Shown: positions 19,563 through 28,005, counted from the first letter of the stretch. The stretch is DNA of 64,000 nt from an uncultured Spirochaetia bacterium (GCA_958296075.1 CATQHW010000001.1:913752-977751); one strand, 5' to 3'. Notes: a model not told the origin generated them from the letters alone. Numbers and translations are program-made.

Positions 19563-19846
19563 CGTACGGGGGGCAACCCCCACGGGACGATGAAGTCGAA
19601 CTGACCACGGTTCAGCGATGTCTGCGAAAAACAGTTTTCCCGCTTCATCGAGAATCGACGGGAGATCATCGACTATCTGCGTGAAGCATTTTAGGCATAG
19701 TCCCCAACCGGACATGAGCGGCGCTCTCGTTCGCGTCTCTACGGCCTTTCGAATGCCTCAAAGTTGCGAGTCATCCTTGAGTAGCTGGCGACAAGCAGAC
19801 CTTCGACCCAACTGACACTGACTTAGGTAGCCGGCATTATGCAGCA

Positions 19847-20719
19847 CTATTCATCTCCCAACTCCTCATTCCAAAGCTGCGTCAGCCGCCGCTGGTGACG
19901 CTTATATAGCCATTCAGAAACAGGTGGGCCAACACTACGAGCTATCATATAGTCATGCACTGCAGCCAGTACGATTTTTTCGTCAACTGCGTCCTTACAC
20001 TCTTTGACGAGACCGCTGATCCTACTGTAAGCGGCTCCCGATGATCGCTGCAAAACCGCGTATTGTCGTTGGCGTATCATTAGATCACTCGCGAGAATAA
20101 CGCACACAGACAACACGCTTACGCCATCTTCCACCGACGTCCCTATTATCCAGCTCAACACGACTATGACAAGGCTAATAGTCCCGACTACGACAAGTGA
20201 AACACCTCCTATTTTCGCCGTTATTCGTGATAGTCGCTCAGTCCACCACGACGATTCCATGAACATACTAGCCACTACCGTACCGGATTTGTCGGCAAAT
20301 ATGTCACTCTCTTTTTTGCTGTAATAGTCCTTGATTTGTCCTCTACCTGCGAGTGTATCGAGTCCACGATATTTTTCCCGAATATCGACAATCATCTTCT
20401 TGTCTATGGGCCATCCGAAAGCACGGCTATATTCAATCCTCCGATGAATCGCATCAGCCTCGCCAGCAAGAACGCTCGCCCACCTCGCGAGCCCCTTCCC
20501 CAGTACCGCAAGTATACTTGCAGTTACGAGGCCATACCATCGAGGATACGACAGCAGCATCGCCGCTGGAACCGAAAACAACGCGACAATTGTGAGTACC
20601 GTACTGCTTGCCCGCCGTCTCTTGGATTTAAGGTGAAGTGCACGGACGTATCCTTGGTAGCGCCGTGATTCATCCTCTGGTTCTATGTTTCCATCATGAT
20701 CCATTTCTATGGACCTCAT
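19847..20719 (-). CDS. 4-TM membrane protein, candidate CBASS effector (S-4TM/SLATT-like)
   Basis: Two hydrophobic hairpins (VLTIVALFSVPAAMLLSY/WYGLVTASILAVLGKGLA and IGGVSLVVVGTISLVIVVLSWII/VSVLSVCVILASDLMI). ATGA overlap with the upstream AAA+ gene. Confidence 0.6.
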   Translation of the reverse strand: MRSIEMDHDGNIEPEDESRRYQGYVRALHLKSKRRRASSTVLTIVALFSVPAAMLLSYPRWYGLVTASILAVLGKGLARWASVLAGEADAIHRRIEYSRAFGWPIDKKMIVDIREKYRGLDTLAGRGQIKDYYSKKESDIFADKSGTVVASMFMESSWWTERLSRITAKIGGVSLVVVGTISLVIVVLSWIIGTSVEDGVSVLSVCVILASDLMIRQRQYAVLQRSSGAAYSRISGLVKECKDAVDEKIVLAAVHDYMIARSVGPPVSEWLYKRHQRRLTQLWNEELGDE

Positions 20720-21633
20720 GTGTTTGAAATCGCCCGACTGGGCACAAGTTCCCGAAGCGTCGCTGCCAGCGCCTCCGCGTCAAGTCTTTCATCGAGCCAC
20801 ACCGCACGGCGAACCGCTGGGACCGCGAACCGAAGCGTCAAATCAGAGTAGCTCAAGGACATCTCCCCATTACTCTCGCGTTCGCTTTCGTCTACCAATA
20901 ATCTCATGTCAGCGTCGCTCAGTGCGCTTCCGAATAGGCCATTCAGCAACGCCCTGCGTTGGTCTCGGTTCGGCCTGCGAAATTCAAAGACTGCCGTCGC
21001 TCGTCGCAGGACTGCTGGATCGAGAACGCCGACTCGATTGGTGATCGCAAGGACAGCAACCTGAGAGCCGCTGGTCTTCAACTCATCCAAATGCTGAAGT
21101 ATCGTATTGACTCCGGATTTGTCTTCGTGATGATGTTGCTCCGATGCACGTGACGTGAGAACGCTATCGGCTTCATCAATTACGAACAACACTGGTTCTC
21201 CTTTCTTTTTGTACAGAGCCCCTACATGCTCAAAAGACTTTGCGAGTAGCGTTCCCATCTCCCCGACATAACCAGTACCTCGCACGCGCGTGCTCATCTT
21301 TACCATATGAACGCCGTATCCGCCGTCGGACGCGATACGCTGCCCGATAGTTTCCGCCAACGCAGTCTTGCCCGTTCCCACGTCGCCCTCAAAAACGATA
21401 AGCGGCACTGCTTCGTCGAGCAGTTCGACCGCGGTGATAATCTCTCCATATTGCTGTACACTCCAATCTTGTGCGATAGCGGGATCGAAAATCAACCGCA
21501 GGTCACGTTCCAGCGCTTTGATATGGTCATCGAGGCCGACGAGCCGAGATAATTTCGACTCTGCCTGCTCATTCGGGAACGTTTCGGGACGGCTTAGAAC
21601 ATCATCTGCGGTCAGTCTTGCGCGCTCGGACAT
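20716..21633 (-). CDS. AAA+ ATPase, TRIP13/Pch2-like (Cap6 position)
   Basis: 305 aa with Walker A GDVGTGKT, Walker B VLFVIDEAD, sensor-1 AITN and Arg-finger region DPAVLRRA. Size and position match bacterial Trip13 in type III CBASS. Confidence 0.75.
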   Translation of the reverse strand: MSERARLTADDVLSRPETFPNEQAESKLSRLVGLDDHIKALERDLRLIFDPAIAQDWSVQQYGEIITAVELLDEAVPLIVFEGDVGTGKTALAETIGQRIASDGGYGVHMVKMSTRVRGTGYVGEMGTLLAKSFEHVGALYKKKGEPVLFVIDEADSVLTSRASEQHHHEDKSGVNTILQHLDELKTSGSQVAVLAITNRVGVLDPAVLRRATAVFEFRRPNRDQRRALLNGLFGSALSDADMRLLVDESERESNGEMSLSYSDLTLRFAVPAVRRAVWLDERLDAEALAATLRELVPSRAISNT

Positions 21634-21867
21634 CGTGACTACCTGGACAAATACGTGCGAGACAAGCCAACGTCACCCGAAGCGTAACCGCCATCAGGTT
21701 GCGCGGACATGCCTCGCGTGGATCGACTTCTACACGGACACCAGTCAATGAGAAGCTTACCTTCTTGTCTCAGACGTTCCCATTGCATCTGATTTCTGAG
21801 ACACACCTCAAATTCAAGCCTACCTCCAACCAACTCTCTGTCCCTTTTGATGCGTCCACTGTGTGGG

Positions 21868-22926
21868 CTAGTGGCCTGTAACACGTACTCGTGCACCGAG
21901 GTGTCGCGAGGGATCAGCGTAGCGCCACTTCACCACTCGAGGATTCTTGTTGTATGCGCGTATGTATCTCATCAGCTTGCGCCTCAGATCAGCCACCGAA
22001 CTGAACACCCCTCGGGCTATCACGTCCCGAGATACCTTCCCGAACCACAACTCAACCTGATTCAGCCACGATGAGTACGTCGGCGTAAAATGCAGCTTCA
22101 TCGTCGGATGTTCGTCCAGAAATGCCGCCACTCGCTTCGTCTTGTGCGCCGACAGGTTGTCCACAATCACGTGAATCTCCCGCCCAGCCGGCTGGTGCGC
22201 CACAATGTCTCCAAGAAACGACACAAACTGCTCCGATGTGTGCCGCTCCGCAGTCTTGCCAAGCACCTCTCCGGTCTTCGTATCGAACGCCGCATACAGC
22301 GCCAGCGTGCCGTGCCGGTAGTACTCGAACCCATGCCGCTCAGCCCGCCCCGGCGACAGCGGCAGCACCGGTTCGCTGCGATCAAGCGCTTGTATCGCTG
22401 TCTTCTCGTCCACGCAGAACACCGCCGCGTGCGCAGGCGGGTTCAGATACAGCCCGATGATGTCGGCAGCCTTCCGGGTGAAGTCCGGGTCGTTGGAACT
22501 CATGTAGCGCTCCATCCGATGCGGCGCCAGCCCGTGCTTGCGCCAGACACGCGCCACCATCATGTGCGACACCCCCAGCTTGGCTGCCAACCGCCGAGTG
22601 CTCCAGTGCGTGCTGCCGTCGGTGGGACGCTTACGCGTCGCGTTGAGTATCTTCGCCTCCACCTGCGGCGTGCAGCGATACGGCTTCTGACCGCAGTGCC
22701 GGCTGTACAAGCCGGCCAATCGCTCGGCACGAAAGCGTCGAGCCCACAGTGCGACGAAGCCGCGGCTGCAGCCGACGCGATCACCGACCTCGTCCCAGGT
22801 GCGCCCTTCACCGAGCAGGAGAATGACCCGCGCACGGCGCGCATCCTCGGCTCGGCCAGTACGACTTATGACCCGCTGGGTGAGCTCGCGATGCTCGCCC
22901 TCGGTCAACACAATCGGCTCTTCCAT
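21868..22926 (-). CDS. IS630 family transposase (DDE)
   Basis: MEEPIVLTEGEHRELT... with N-terminal HTH and DDE blocks VDEKTAIQ, VIVDNLSAHK and YSSWLNQVELWF. The stop codon uses the flanking TA. Confidence 0.9.
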   Translation of the reverse strand: MEEPIVLTEGEHRELTQRVISRTGRAEDARRARVILLLGEGRTWDEVGDRVGCSRGFVALWARRFRAERLAGLYSRHCGQKPYRCTPQVEAKILNATRKRPTDGSTHWSTRRLAAKLGVSHMMVARVWRKHGLAPHRMERYMSSNDPDFTRKAADIIGLYLNPPAHAAVFCVDEKTAIQALDRSEPVLPLSPGRAERHGFEYYRHGTLALYAAFDTKTGEVLGKTAERHTSEQFVSFLGDIVAHQPAGREIHVIVDNLSAHKTKRVAAFLDEHPTMKLHFTPTYSSWLNQVELWFGKVSRDVIARGVFSSVADLRRKLMRYIRAYNKNPRVVKWRYADPSRHLGARVRVTGH

Positions 22927-22965
22927 GTCCTCGATTATAGTACATAATTTGATGATACGGGCCAC
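21871..22965 (-). mobile_element. IS630-family insertion sequence (1095 bp) with TA target duplication in a CTAG site
   Basis: Imperfect terminal inverted repeats GTGGCCTGTAACAC / GTGGCCCGTATCAT(rc). TA at 21869-21870 and 22966-22967. Reconstructed target is gggCTAGaat. One transposase ORF fills the element. Confidence 0.85.
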
Positions 22966-23237
22966 TAGAATCGAACGATCCGGGTGCGACACGATAGTAG
23001 AAATAGGCGCGATGCGGTTCGTACCAACCACAACGGTATAGAAAAAGGCGCAGACATTCAAGACAATCGTAGAGGAGACCGACACCCATGTCGTGCGCCA
23101 AAGAGCTTATTGTCTTTGTCTCGCCCATGAGGAATTTCTCTTTGATGGCGAGCAGGTCCCCGAGAAGGCGGTTTTGCACGTAGCGAACAGCTTCCATAGT
23201 GTCCGTCCGCTGTCGGGCTGCGGTTTGCTGCATGTTC

Positions 23238-24245
23238 TTAACCCTCCGATAGGTTACGAAAGTTGGGGAATGCCTGCTCGATGAAACTCACTGAGGCATC
23301 GGGATTGTCCCGCGCTTCGATTTCGGCATCGCGAAGTATGTCGCGAAGTTCATCTACACGATCAAGAAAGCGATCACGATCGCTCAAGGTCCAGTCGCTC
23401 GTGACGTTATCGTCACGGTTGATCGGATCCAGCACAACGACCGGTCCCTTGTGCGTCACAGTAGAAGCAGCGACCCGAGTGTCAGCAAACGAAATCGTAC
23501 TTTCGAGCGCGTGAGTGATAATCCACTTCGTCAGCAGCACAAGGTCGGGGAGCGCCTCGCCGGTAATTGACCGAATCTGTTCATCGTACCCCTTAGCGAG
23601 CATGAGTTCGATAGTGAAGCTACTCAGCTTGCTTCGCTCGGAATCCTCGAACGTATCGTTCCGCCACCGCTTGAACAGCCGCACCAGCTTACGGAACGGA
23701 ACGGAACTCTTTGGGTTATTTCGAGATCGAACAAACTCGATGTGCTCGGTGACGGAAGTATAGCATTGCGATCCATCCCTCTTAGGGAGTACTCCCCAAT
23801 TGGGAATCGTCTCGTGATCAAGCGCCACGATCGGTACAATGTCGATGTTGATCTTGGGTGTTACGTCGAATACGGCACGAACACAGCTTTCGTTCTTTTC
23901 GAACTTTGGTTTACGCATGATACGCTTCTCATACGCTCGTTTCGTCAGCTTCTCGACGTAGGAAACAAGACTGGCGATATTAGCCGATCCTTCGTCTTGT
24001 TCCTTGACATATACCGCAATGTCTGCGTCGAAGTCGACAGACTCCTCGCGACGAAGTGATGTCGCCTTGGCGAAGCTCCCGGTCCTGGGAGCTTTGACAA
24101 ACTTGAACGGATCGTCATCGCGTATGTACCCGCTGAGCTTGTTCTCCAGGAACGTGAGCTCTTCCTTGGCAAGGTTCCGTTGAGCCGTCGCCGGCTGAAT
24201 CGCATCAAGGTATCTATGGAACCTACTTTTCAAAGGGGCGTCCAT
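23238..24245 (-). CDS. CD-NTase/SMODS-like nucleotidyltransferase (CBASS cyclase candidate)
   Basis: Pol-beta NTase signature GSFAKATSL...SVDFDADIAVYV and a third acidic block KINIDIVP. About 335 aa and first gene of the operon. ATG at 24245 follows GAAGAGGGA; the ORF track extends to a TTG at 24269. Confidence 0.7.
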   Translation of the reverse strand: MDAPLKSRFHRYLDAIQPATAQRNLAKEELTFLENKLSGYIRDDDPFKFVKAPRTGSFAKATSLRREESVDFDADIAVYVKEQDEGSANIASLVSYVEKLTKRAYEKRIMRKPKFEKNESCVRAVFDVTPKINIDIVPIVALDHETIPNWGVLPKRDGSQCYTSVTEHIEFVRSRNNPKSSVPFRKLVRLFKRWRNDTFEDSERSKLSSFTIELMLAKGYDEQIRSITGEALPDLVLLTKWIITHALESTISFADTRVAASTVTHKGPVVVLDPINRDDNVTSDWTLSDRDRFLDRVDELRDILRDAEIEARDNPDASVSFIEQAFPNFRNLSEG

Positions 24246-24627
24246 CACCGATCCCTCTTCAAGATGCAACTGCTTCTCACCGAGTCGCGTAATCCCAGAG
24301 CCGACTCTTGGCAGCCGACATGGCAGCGTCCGGTACTGGCAACCGGCGTCCAGCCCGAAGGGGCCACCGCTGTCATCAAGCCCATGCGTGGCGCACTTGC
24401 TCGAACCCGTCTAAGGACGACCAATCGTTGCTCCCTGGAATCCGGCCGCCACGATGCACTATACTCGCTTGTGATCGACGCCACGCCGGAATCATGTAAT
24501 TCGTTTGTCTGCATTAGGTTGACCTCCGTTTACCGTTATGGTTCAATTGTGATAGACGTTGAATGTACCGCATGGTGTATCAGATGTCAAACGATCGGCG
24601 TTTCAAGCGAGCAACAGGAGTATCCGC
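24246..24627. promoter_or_regulatory. divergent intergenic region between the CBASS operon and the capH-like gene (promoters/operators expected)
   Basis: 382 bp with no convincing ORF between divergent starts. It contains TTGACC and TTCAA..TTGAA elements at ~24515-24575. No site is defined with confidence. Confidence 0.35.
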
Positions 24628-24969
24628 ATGCCAACACCGTCCGTCAAGACCCTGGGCGCGCTGGTCGCGAAGAAGCGAGGGCCTATGGGTATCAGGGCTG
24701 CGGCCGCGCAGATCGGGATCTCGGCAGCCACGCTGTCGCGGGTCGAGAACGGGCAGTTGCCTGATCTTGAAAACTTCGGTAAGATATGTCGCTGGCTCAA
24801 AATAGACCCCGCCATGGTCCTGGGAGTGGGCGCTGCCACTGATGTTCGCCCATTAGCCGCTGTGCACTTCAGGAAAGGAAGAACCATGAAGCTGGAGACC
24901 GCCAGTGCCTTGGCGGAGATGATCCTGGCAGCCCAGCGGGCGATGATGGCCCGGGACCACACAACGTAG
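24628..24969 (+). CDS. capH: XRE-family HTH regulator, CapH-like
   Basis: IRAAAAQIGISAATLSRVENGQ helix-turn-helix. CAGGAG SD 7 nt upstream. Divergent from the CBASS operon and coupled to an ImmA/IrrE peptidase gene. Confidence 0.7.
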   Translation: MPTPSVKTLGALVAKKRGPMGIRAAAAQIGISAATLSRVENGQLPDLENFGKICRWLKIDPAMVLGVGAATDVRPLAAVHFRKGRTMKLETASALAEMILAAQRAMMARDHTT

Positions 24970-25571
24970 TGCGCCGCGGATTCAAGGCTTGGTGCGAACG
25001 TGTCACGGAAGAGTATAGGAGGGCGCTTGAGATTTCTCTCAACGCCTCACTAGAGCCCGAAGCTCTAGCGCAACATCTCGGAATCTCAGTGTGGCGGCCG
25101 GAAGACATTCCGGGCCTATCCGGCGACGTCCTAAATCAGTTGACCGTGGAAGACCGTGATAGTTGGTCGGCGGTGACGCTGAAAGTCGGTGACTGGAGCG
25201 TGATCATCGTGAACTCGGCGCACGCGGCAACACGACGACGTAACAGCGTGGCTCACGAGATCTCACATCTGATACTCGAACACGAGCCGAGCCGCATCGA
25301 TGTATCCAAGAATGGGTATCTACTGCTGAGTTCGTATGAAGGCGAGCAAGAGGAGGAGGCCGATTGGCTGGCCGGTTCGCTATTGGTTCCTCGCGAAGGT
25401 CTAAGGCTGGCGTATCGTTCCTCACAGGACTATCAGGTATTGGCCTACCGTTTTGGTGTCAGCATGAAATTGATAGAGTGGCGCCTCCGTATGACGGGTA
25501 TTCTTGTTCAGACGAGACGAGCGCGAGCCTATCGATCGAGTCGTGCTCGCTCCGTACACGTATCGGAGTAA
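24969..25571 (+). CDS. capP: ImmA/IrrE-family zinc metallopeptidase, CapP-like
   Basis: HEISHLILEHE (HExxH) motif. GTG start overlaps the capH-like stop (TAGTG). Confidence 0.75.
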   Translation: MRRGFKAWCERVTEEYRRALEISLNASLEPEALAQHLGISVWRPEDIPGLSGDVLNQLTVEDRDSWSAVTLKVGDWSVIIVNSAHAATRRRNSVAHEISHLILEHEPSRIDVSKNGYLLLSSYEGEQEEEADWLAGSLLVPREGLRLAYRSSQDYQVLAYRFGVSMKLIEWRLRMTGILVQTRRARAYRSSRARSVHVSE

Positions 25572-25589
25572 CGACATGTCGCTATTCCT

Positions 25590-27036
25590 ACAGTTGTACT
25601 CCGGCGGAGATCGAGCGATTCCTTCGAGACGCTTCCGCGGAGCGTTACGACGGCGAGCTTCTGGTCGAGATGGACGCCGAGGAGTTCTTCGACCCGGAAT
25701 CCGTGCGTTGGTACCGGCGCGTGTTCGACGAAACGCAACCCCGGCAGACATCAGGCACTGTCAGACGTCGAATTCCTGAACGAATGGGGATTTGTCGTAG
25801 AACACGGCGACCGCTTGGTGCCCACGCGAGCGGCGGTGCTCGTGTTCGGTCGCGCGCGTCACGTGCGCCGGATACTCCCGCGACCGGTCGTAGACTGGCA
25901 GTTCATCGACGCTCCCTTCCACTCCTGGTCTCCCGACCGCCGCTGGAACGACCGTATCGTCGTAGAGGAGAATCTCGTCCAGGCGTGGTTGACGCTGTCC
26001 GAGCGCTATATGAGGCATGCCGAGCACCCGTTCGGCGTCAATGCGGCGACGCTCCGGAGGGATGATGATCCGCCCGACTACATCTCGTTCCGGGAAGCGG
26101 CCATCAATCTGCTCATCCACCAGGACTACGGCGACCACGGCCGCAAGGCGTCGATCAGGTTCTTCCACGATCGGACGGTGTTCTGGAATCCCGGCGACGC
26201 CTTCGCCACGCCCGACGAGCTCCTGGACCCCACCGAGAAGGAGGTCCGCAACCCGGCGATCGTCGCCGCGTTCCGGCGGATCGGGCTGAGCGAGCAGGCG
26301 GGAACGGGCGTACGGGCGATCTTTCGGGGCTGGCAGCGCCTGGGCCACGGTTCCACCGATGATCGATAGCGACAAGGCGAAGAAGACCTTCGAGCTTCTC
26401 CTGTTGCGCGAAGAACTGTTTCAGCGAAGAGCAGCGGCTGATCCAGGCGCAGCTCGGTGTGAAGCTCAGCGAGCCGCAGGCACGGCTCTTCGCCTTCGCC
26501 TGCCGCCAGGGCGGCGTCTCGCTCACGGACGCGAAGGCCGTGACGGGCCAAGCGGGGCCGGCGGCGCGGAGGGTGCTGCACGCGCTTACGGTGCAGGGAA
26601 TCCTGGAGCCGTTGGGGAAGCCGACCGGTACGCTCTTGCCGAACACCTCAAGCCCGGCCCTGACGCCGGGGAGCTTGGTCACTCGTCGAGTGACCAAGTC
26701 CGGGAGGGGTCTACAGGGTTGGTCACTGACCAACCCGGCAGACCGTACGCTGGTTTGGTCACCCCTCTGCTGACCAACCTGACCGATGATCAGCGGCAGC
26801 TCGTCGCACTGTGCGAGGTGCCCCGGAAGCAGGCATTCCTCATGCAGGAGACCGGACTCTCGCACCGTACATTCTTTCGACGCAAGCGTTTGGACCCGCT
26901 GGTTCAAGCCGGCCTGATCCGCGCTACGCATCCGCACGAGCCGAACCACCCGGACCAAGGGTACGTGGCGACCGACGCCGGGCTCAAGCTGTTGCACGCA
27001 TGGCGATCCGATGCCGACCGCAAGGGCGCTTCATGA
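25590..27036 (+). pseudogene. AlbA_2/RecG-like 'putative transcriptional regulator' gene, N-terminally truncated with at least 4 frameshifts
   Basis: Protein-like sequence hops frames: ...ESVRWYRRVFDE | NPGRHQALSDVEFLNEWGFVVEHGDRLVPTRAAVLVFG...LLIHQDYGDHG...GTGVRAIFRGWQRLGH | PPMIDSDKAKKTFELLLLREELF | ...KLSEPQARLFAFACRQGGVSLTDAKAV... | ...YALAEHL...DDQRQLVALCEVPRKQAFLMQETGLSHRTFFRRKRLDPLVQAGLIRATHP. Shifts lie near 25735, 26349, 26425 and 26625. Confidence 0.65.
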
Positions 27037-27058
27037 TGAGCAGGTGGTGCCCAATGCC

Positions 27059-27112
27059 GAGGTTGGTCACTCATCCTGCGAGGTTGGTCACTCCTGCTCC
27101 CGCCTTGGTCAC
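27059..27112. repeat. three direct repeats containing TTGGTCAC at an exact 21-bp period
   Basis: TTGGTCAC at 27063, 27084 and 27105. The first two units share GAGGTTGGTCACTC. Related inverted copies lie at 26687-26711 (11-bp perfect arms), 26718-26736 and 26752-26774. Confidence 0.8.
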
Positions 27113-27300
27113 CCCGCCGTATCAACTACACGGTATGGAGCGAAGTTTTTCGTGCCCGGAATGAGCCGGCGAGGTAGTATTCCTCGACGCAGCCCTGGAC
27201 AAGGTCACAAAGCGCGTGAGAACCGATTTCCCCTGTCCTTCATGCCATGCATCCTTGACGAGAAAGCGACTCGAACGGATATACGTCACGCGACTACCAC
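27105..27300 (+). pseudogene. internally deleted fragment of a third pglXI allele
   Basis: CTTGGTCACCCCGCCGT matches the pglXI-1 leader (29681-29697, 16/17). It is followed directly by ATCAACTACACGGTATGGAGCGAAGTTTTTCGTGCCCGGA..., which matches pglXI-1 at 30506-~30590 at roughly 85-90% by eye, with a 1-nt deletion. With the 1-nt deletion corrected it encodes INYTVWSEVFSCPE*AGEVVFLDAALD...CPSC, with an in-frame TGA at the divergent patch. Confidence 0.6.
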
Positions 27301-27492
27301 TGTGAGCGGAGGCGTCACCCCGTTCCGCATGACCCCTGAATCCTCGGTACGCCGCAGCGAATTCCCCGGCGGTATAAGGCCGCGACCGATTCACTCCACG
27401 TCTGCGCGCGCAATCGCCGGCGCGCCACCTGTCGCCGCCAGCAGGAGCACGATAGCCAGGACACACCTGCGTTGGACCGTTCTACGGGTCAT

Positions 27493-28005
27493 TCAAGATC
27501 GGAGATTCAGCAACACGTAGACCGCGAATGCACGACGGTCCTTCCGAGATGATCTCTGGAATCCAGAAATTGCTGCCTCCGCCACCGAGATCATCTCCAA
27601 TACCTGCGACTTGAAGAAATACGCATTGGGGTCGTAGTCGGCGTCGTGGCGATTCTTCTGCATCCCAACGAAGAGGCTTGCAAGGTCCTGTATCTCAATC
27701 GGAAATCTGGAGATGATGTTCGGTTTTTGGCAGCGCTGGCGCACAAGTCTATGATCTAACGCCCGGTATGCTTGACGCCATGCGGGCCGACTTCGGTCTG
27801 CCCCCGAACCTCCTACAATCAGATCGGCACCAGATTGCGCCAGGCAGTGGAATAACGCGTAGTACGTTGTGCTGACGGCCCGCCGGAGGTTGGTCTCACG
27901 TGGCCGTCCGCGAGGATTGGATGCCGCAAGATGACGCGCCGTATCAATGAAATCAGTCGGCTTCAAGTTATGCTTTCGGGGTTCCGGCGACGCCACTGAT
28001 CCCAT
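27493..28005 (-). CDS. HEPN-like protein (candidate toxin/effector)
   Basis: 170 aa, predicted all-helical, with LRRAVSTTYYALFH and QKNRHDADYD blocks. The second resembles the HEPN R-x4-6-H/Y region. Confidence 0.5.
   Translation of the reverse strand: MGSVASPEPRKHNLKPTDFIDTARHLAASNPRGRPRETNLRRAVSTTYYALFHCLAQSGADLIVGGSGADRSRPAWRQAYRALDHRLVRQRCQKPNIISRFPIEIQDLASLFVGMQKNRHDADYDPNAYFFKSQVLEMISVAEAAISGFQRSSRKDRRAFAVYVLLNLRS

Larger units (their letters stand above)
21639..23233 (-). pseudogene. HORMA-position (Cap7-like) CBASS gene interrupted by IS630
   Basis: The 5' part (23233..22966, 89 codons) and 3' part (21868..21639) are in the same frame once the IS and one TA copy are removed. This gives a ~165-aa ORF that starts 4 nt after the NTase stop and ends 5 nt before the AAA+ start. 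Confidence 0.6.

Noticed and set aside
19329-19815. ORFs 19329..19715(-), 19466..19669(-) and 19618..19815(+) between the 113-aa gene and the CBASS effector.
   Set aside because: Mutually overlapping and partly antisense to the better-supported 113-aa gene. The first ~45 codons of the minus-strand ORF look mildly protein-like, but nothing supports a complete gene.
24180-24764. ORFs 24180..24764(+) and 24245..24514(-) in the CBASS/capH intergenic region.
   Set aside because: Non-protein-like translations. The region is better explained as a long divergent regulatory region.
27122-27490. Possible secreted-protein remnant on the minus strand (MTRRTVQRRCVLAIVLLLAATGGAPAIARADVE* from 27490) and ORF 27122..27466(-).
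   Set aside because: The signal-peptide-like ORF stops after 33 codons. Continuation needs a frameshift, and the region overlaps the pglXI relic, so there is too little evidence either way.
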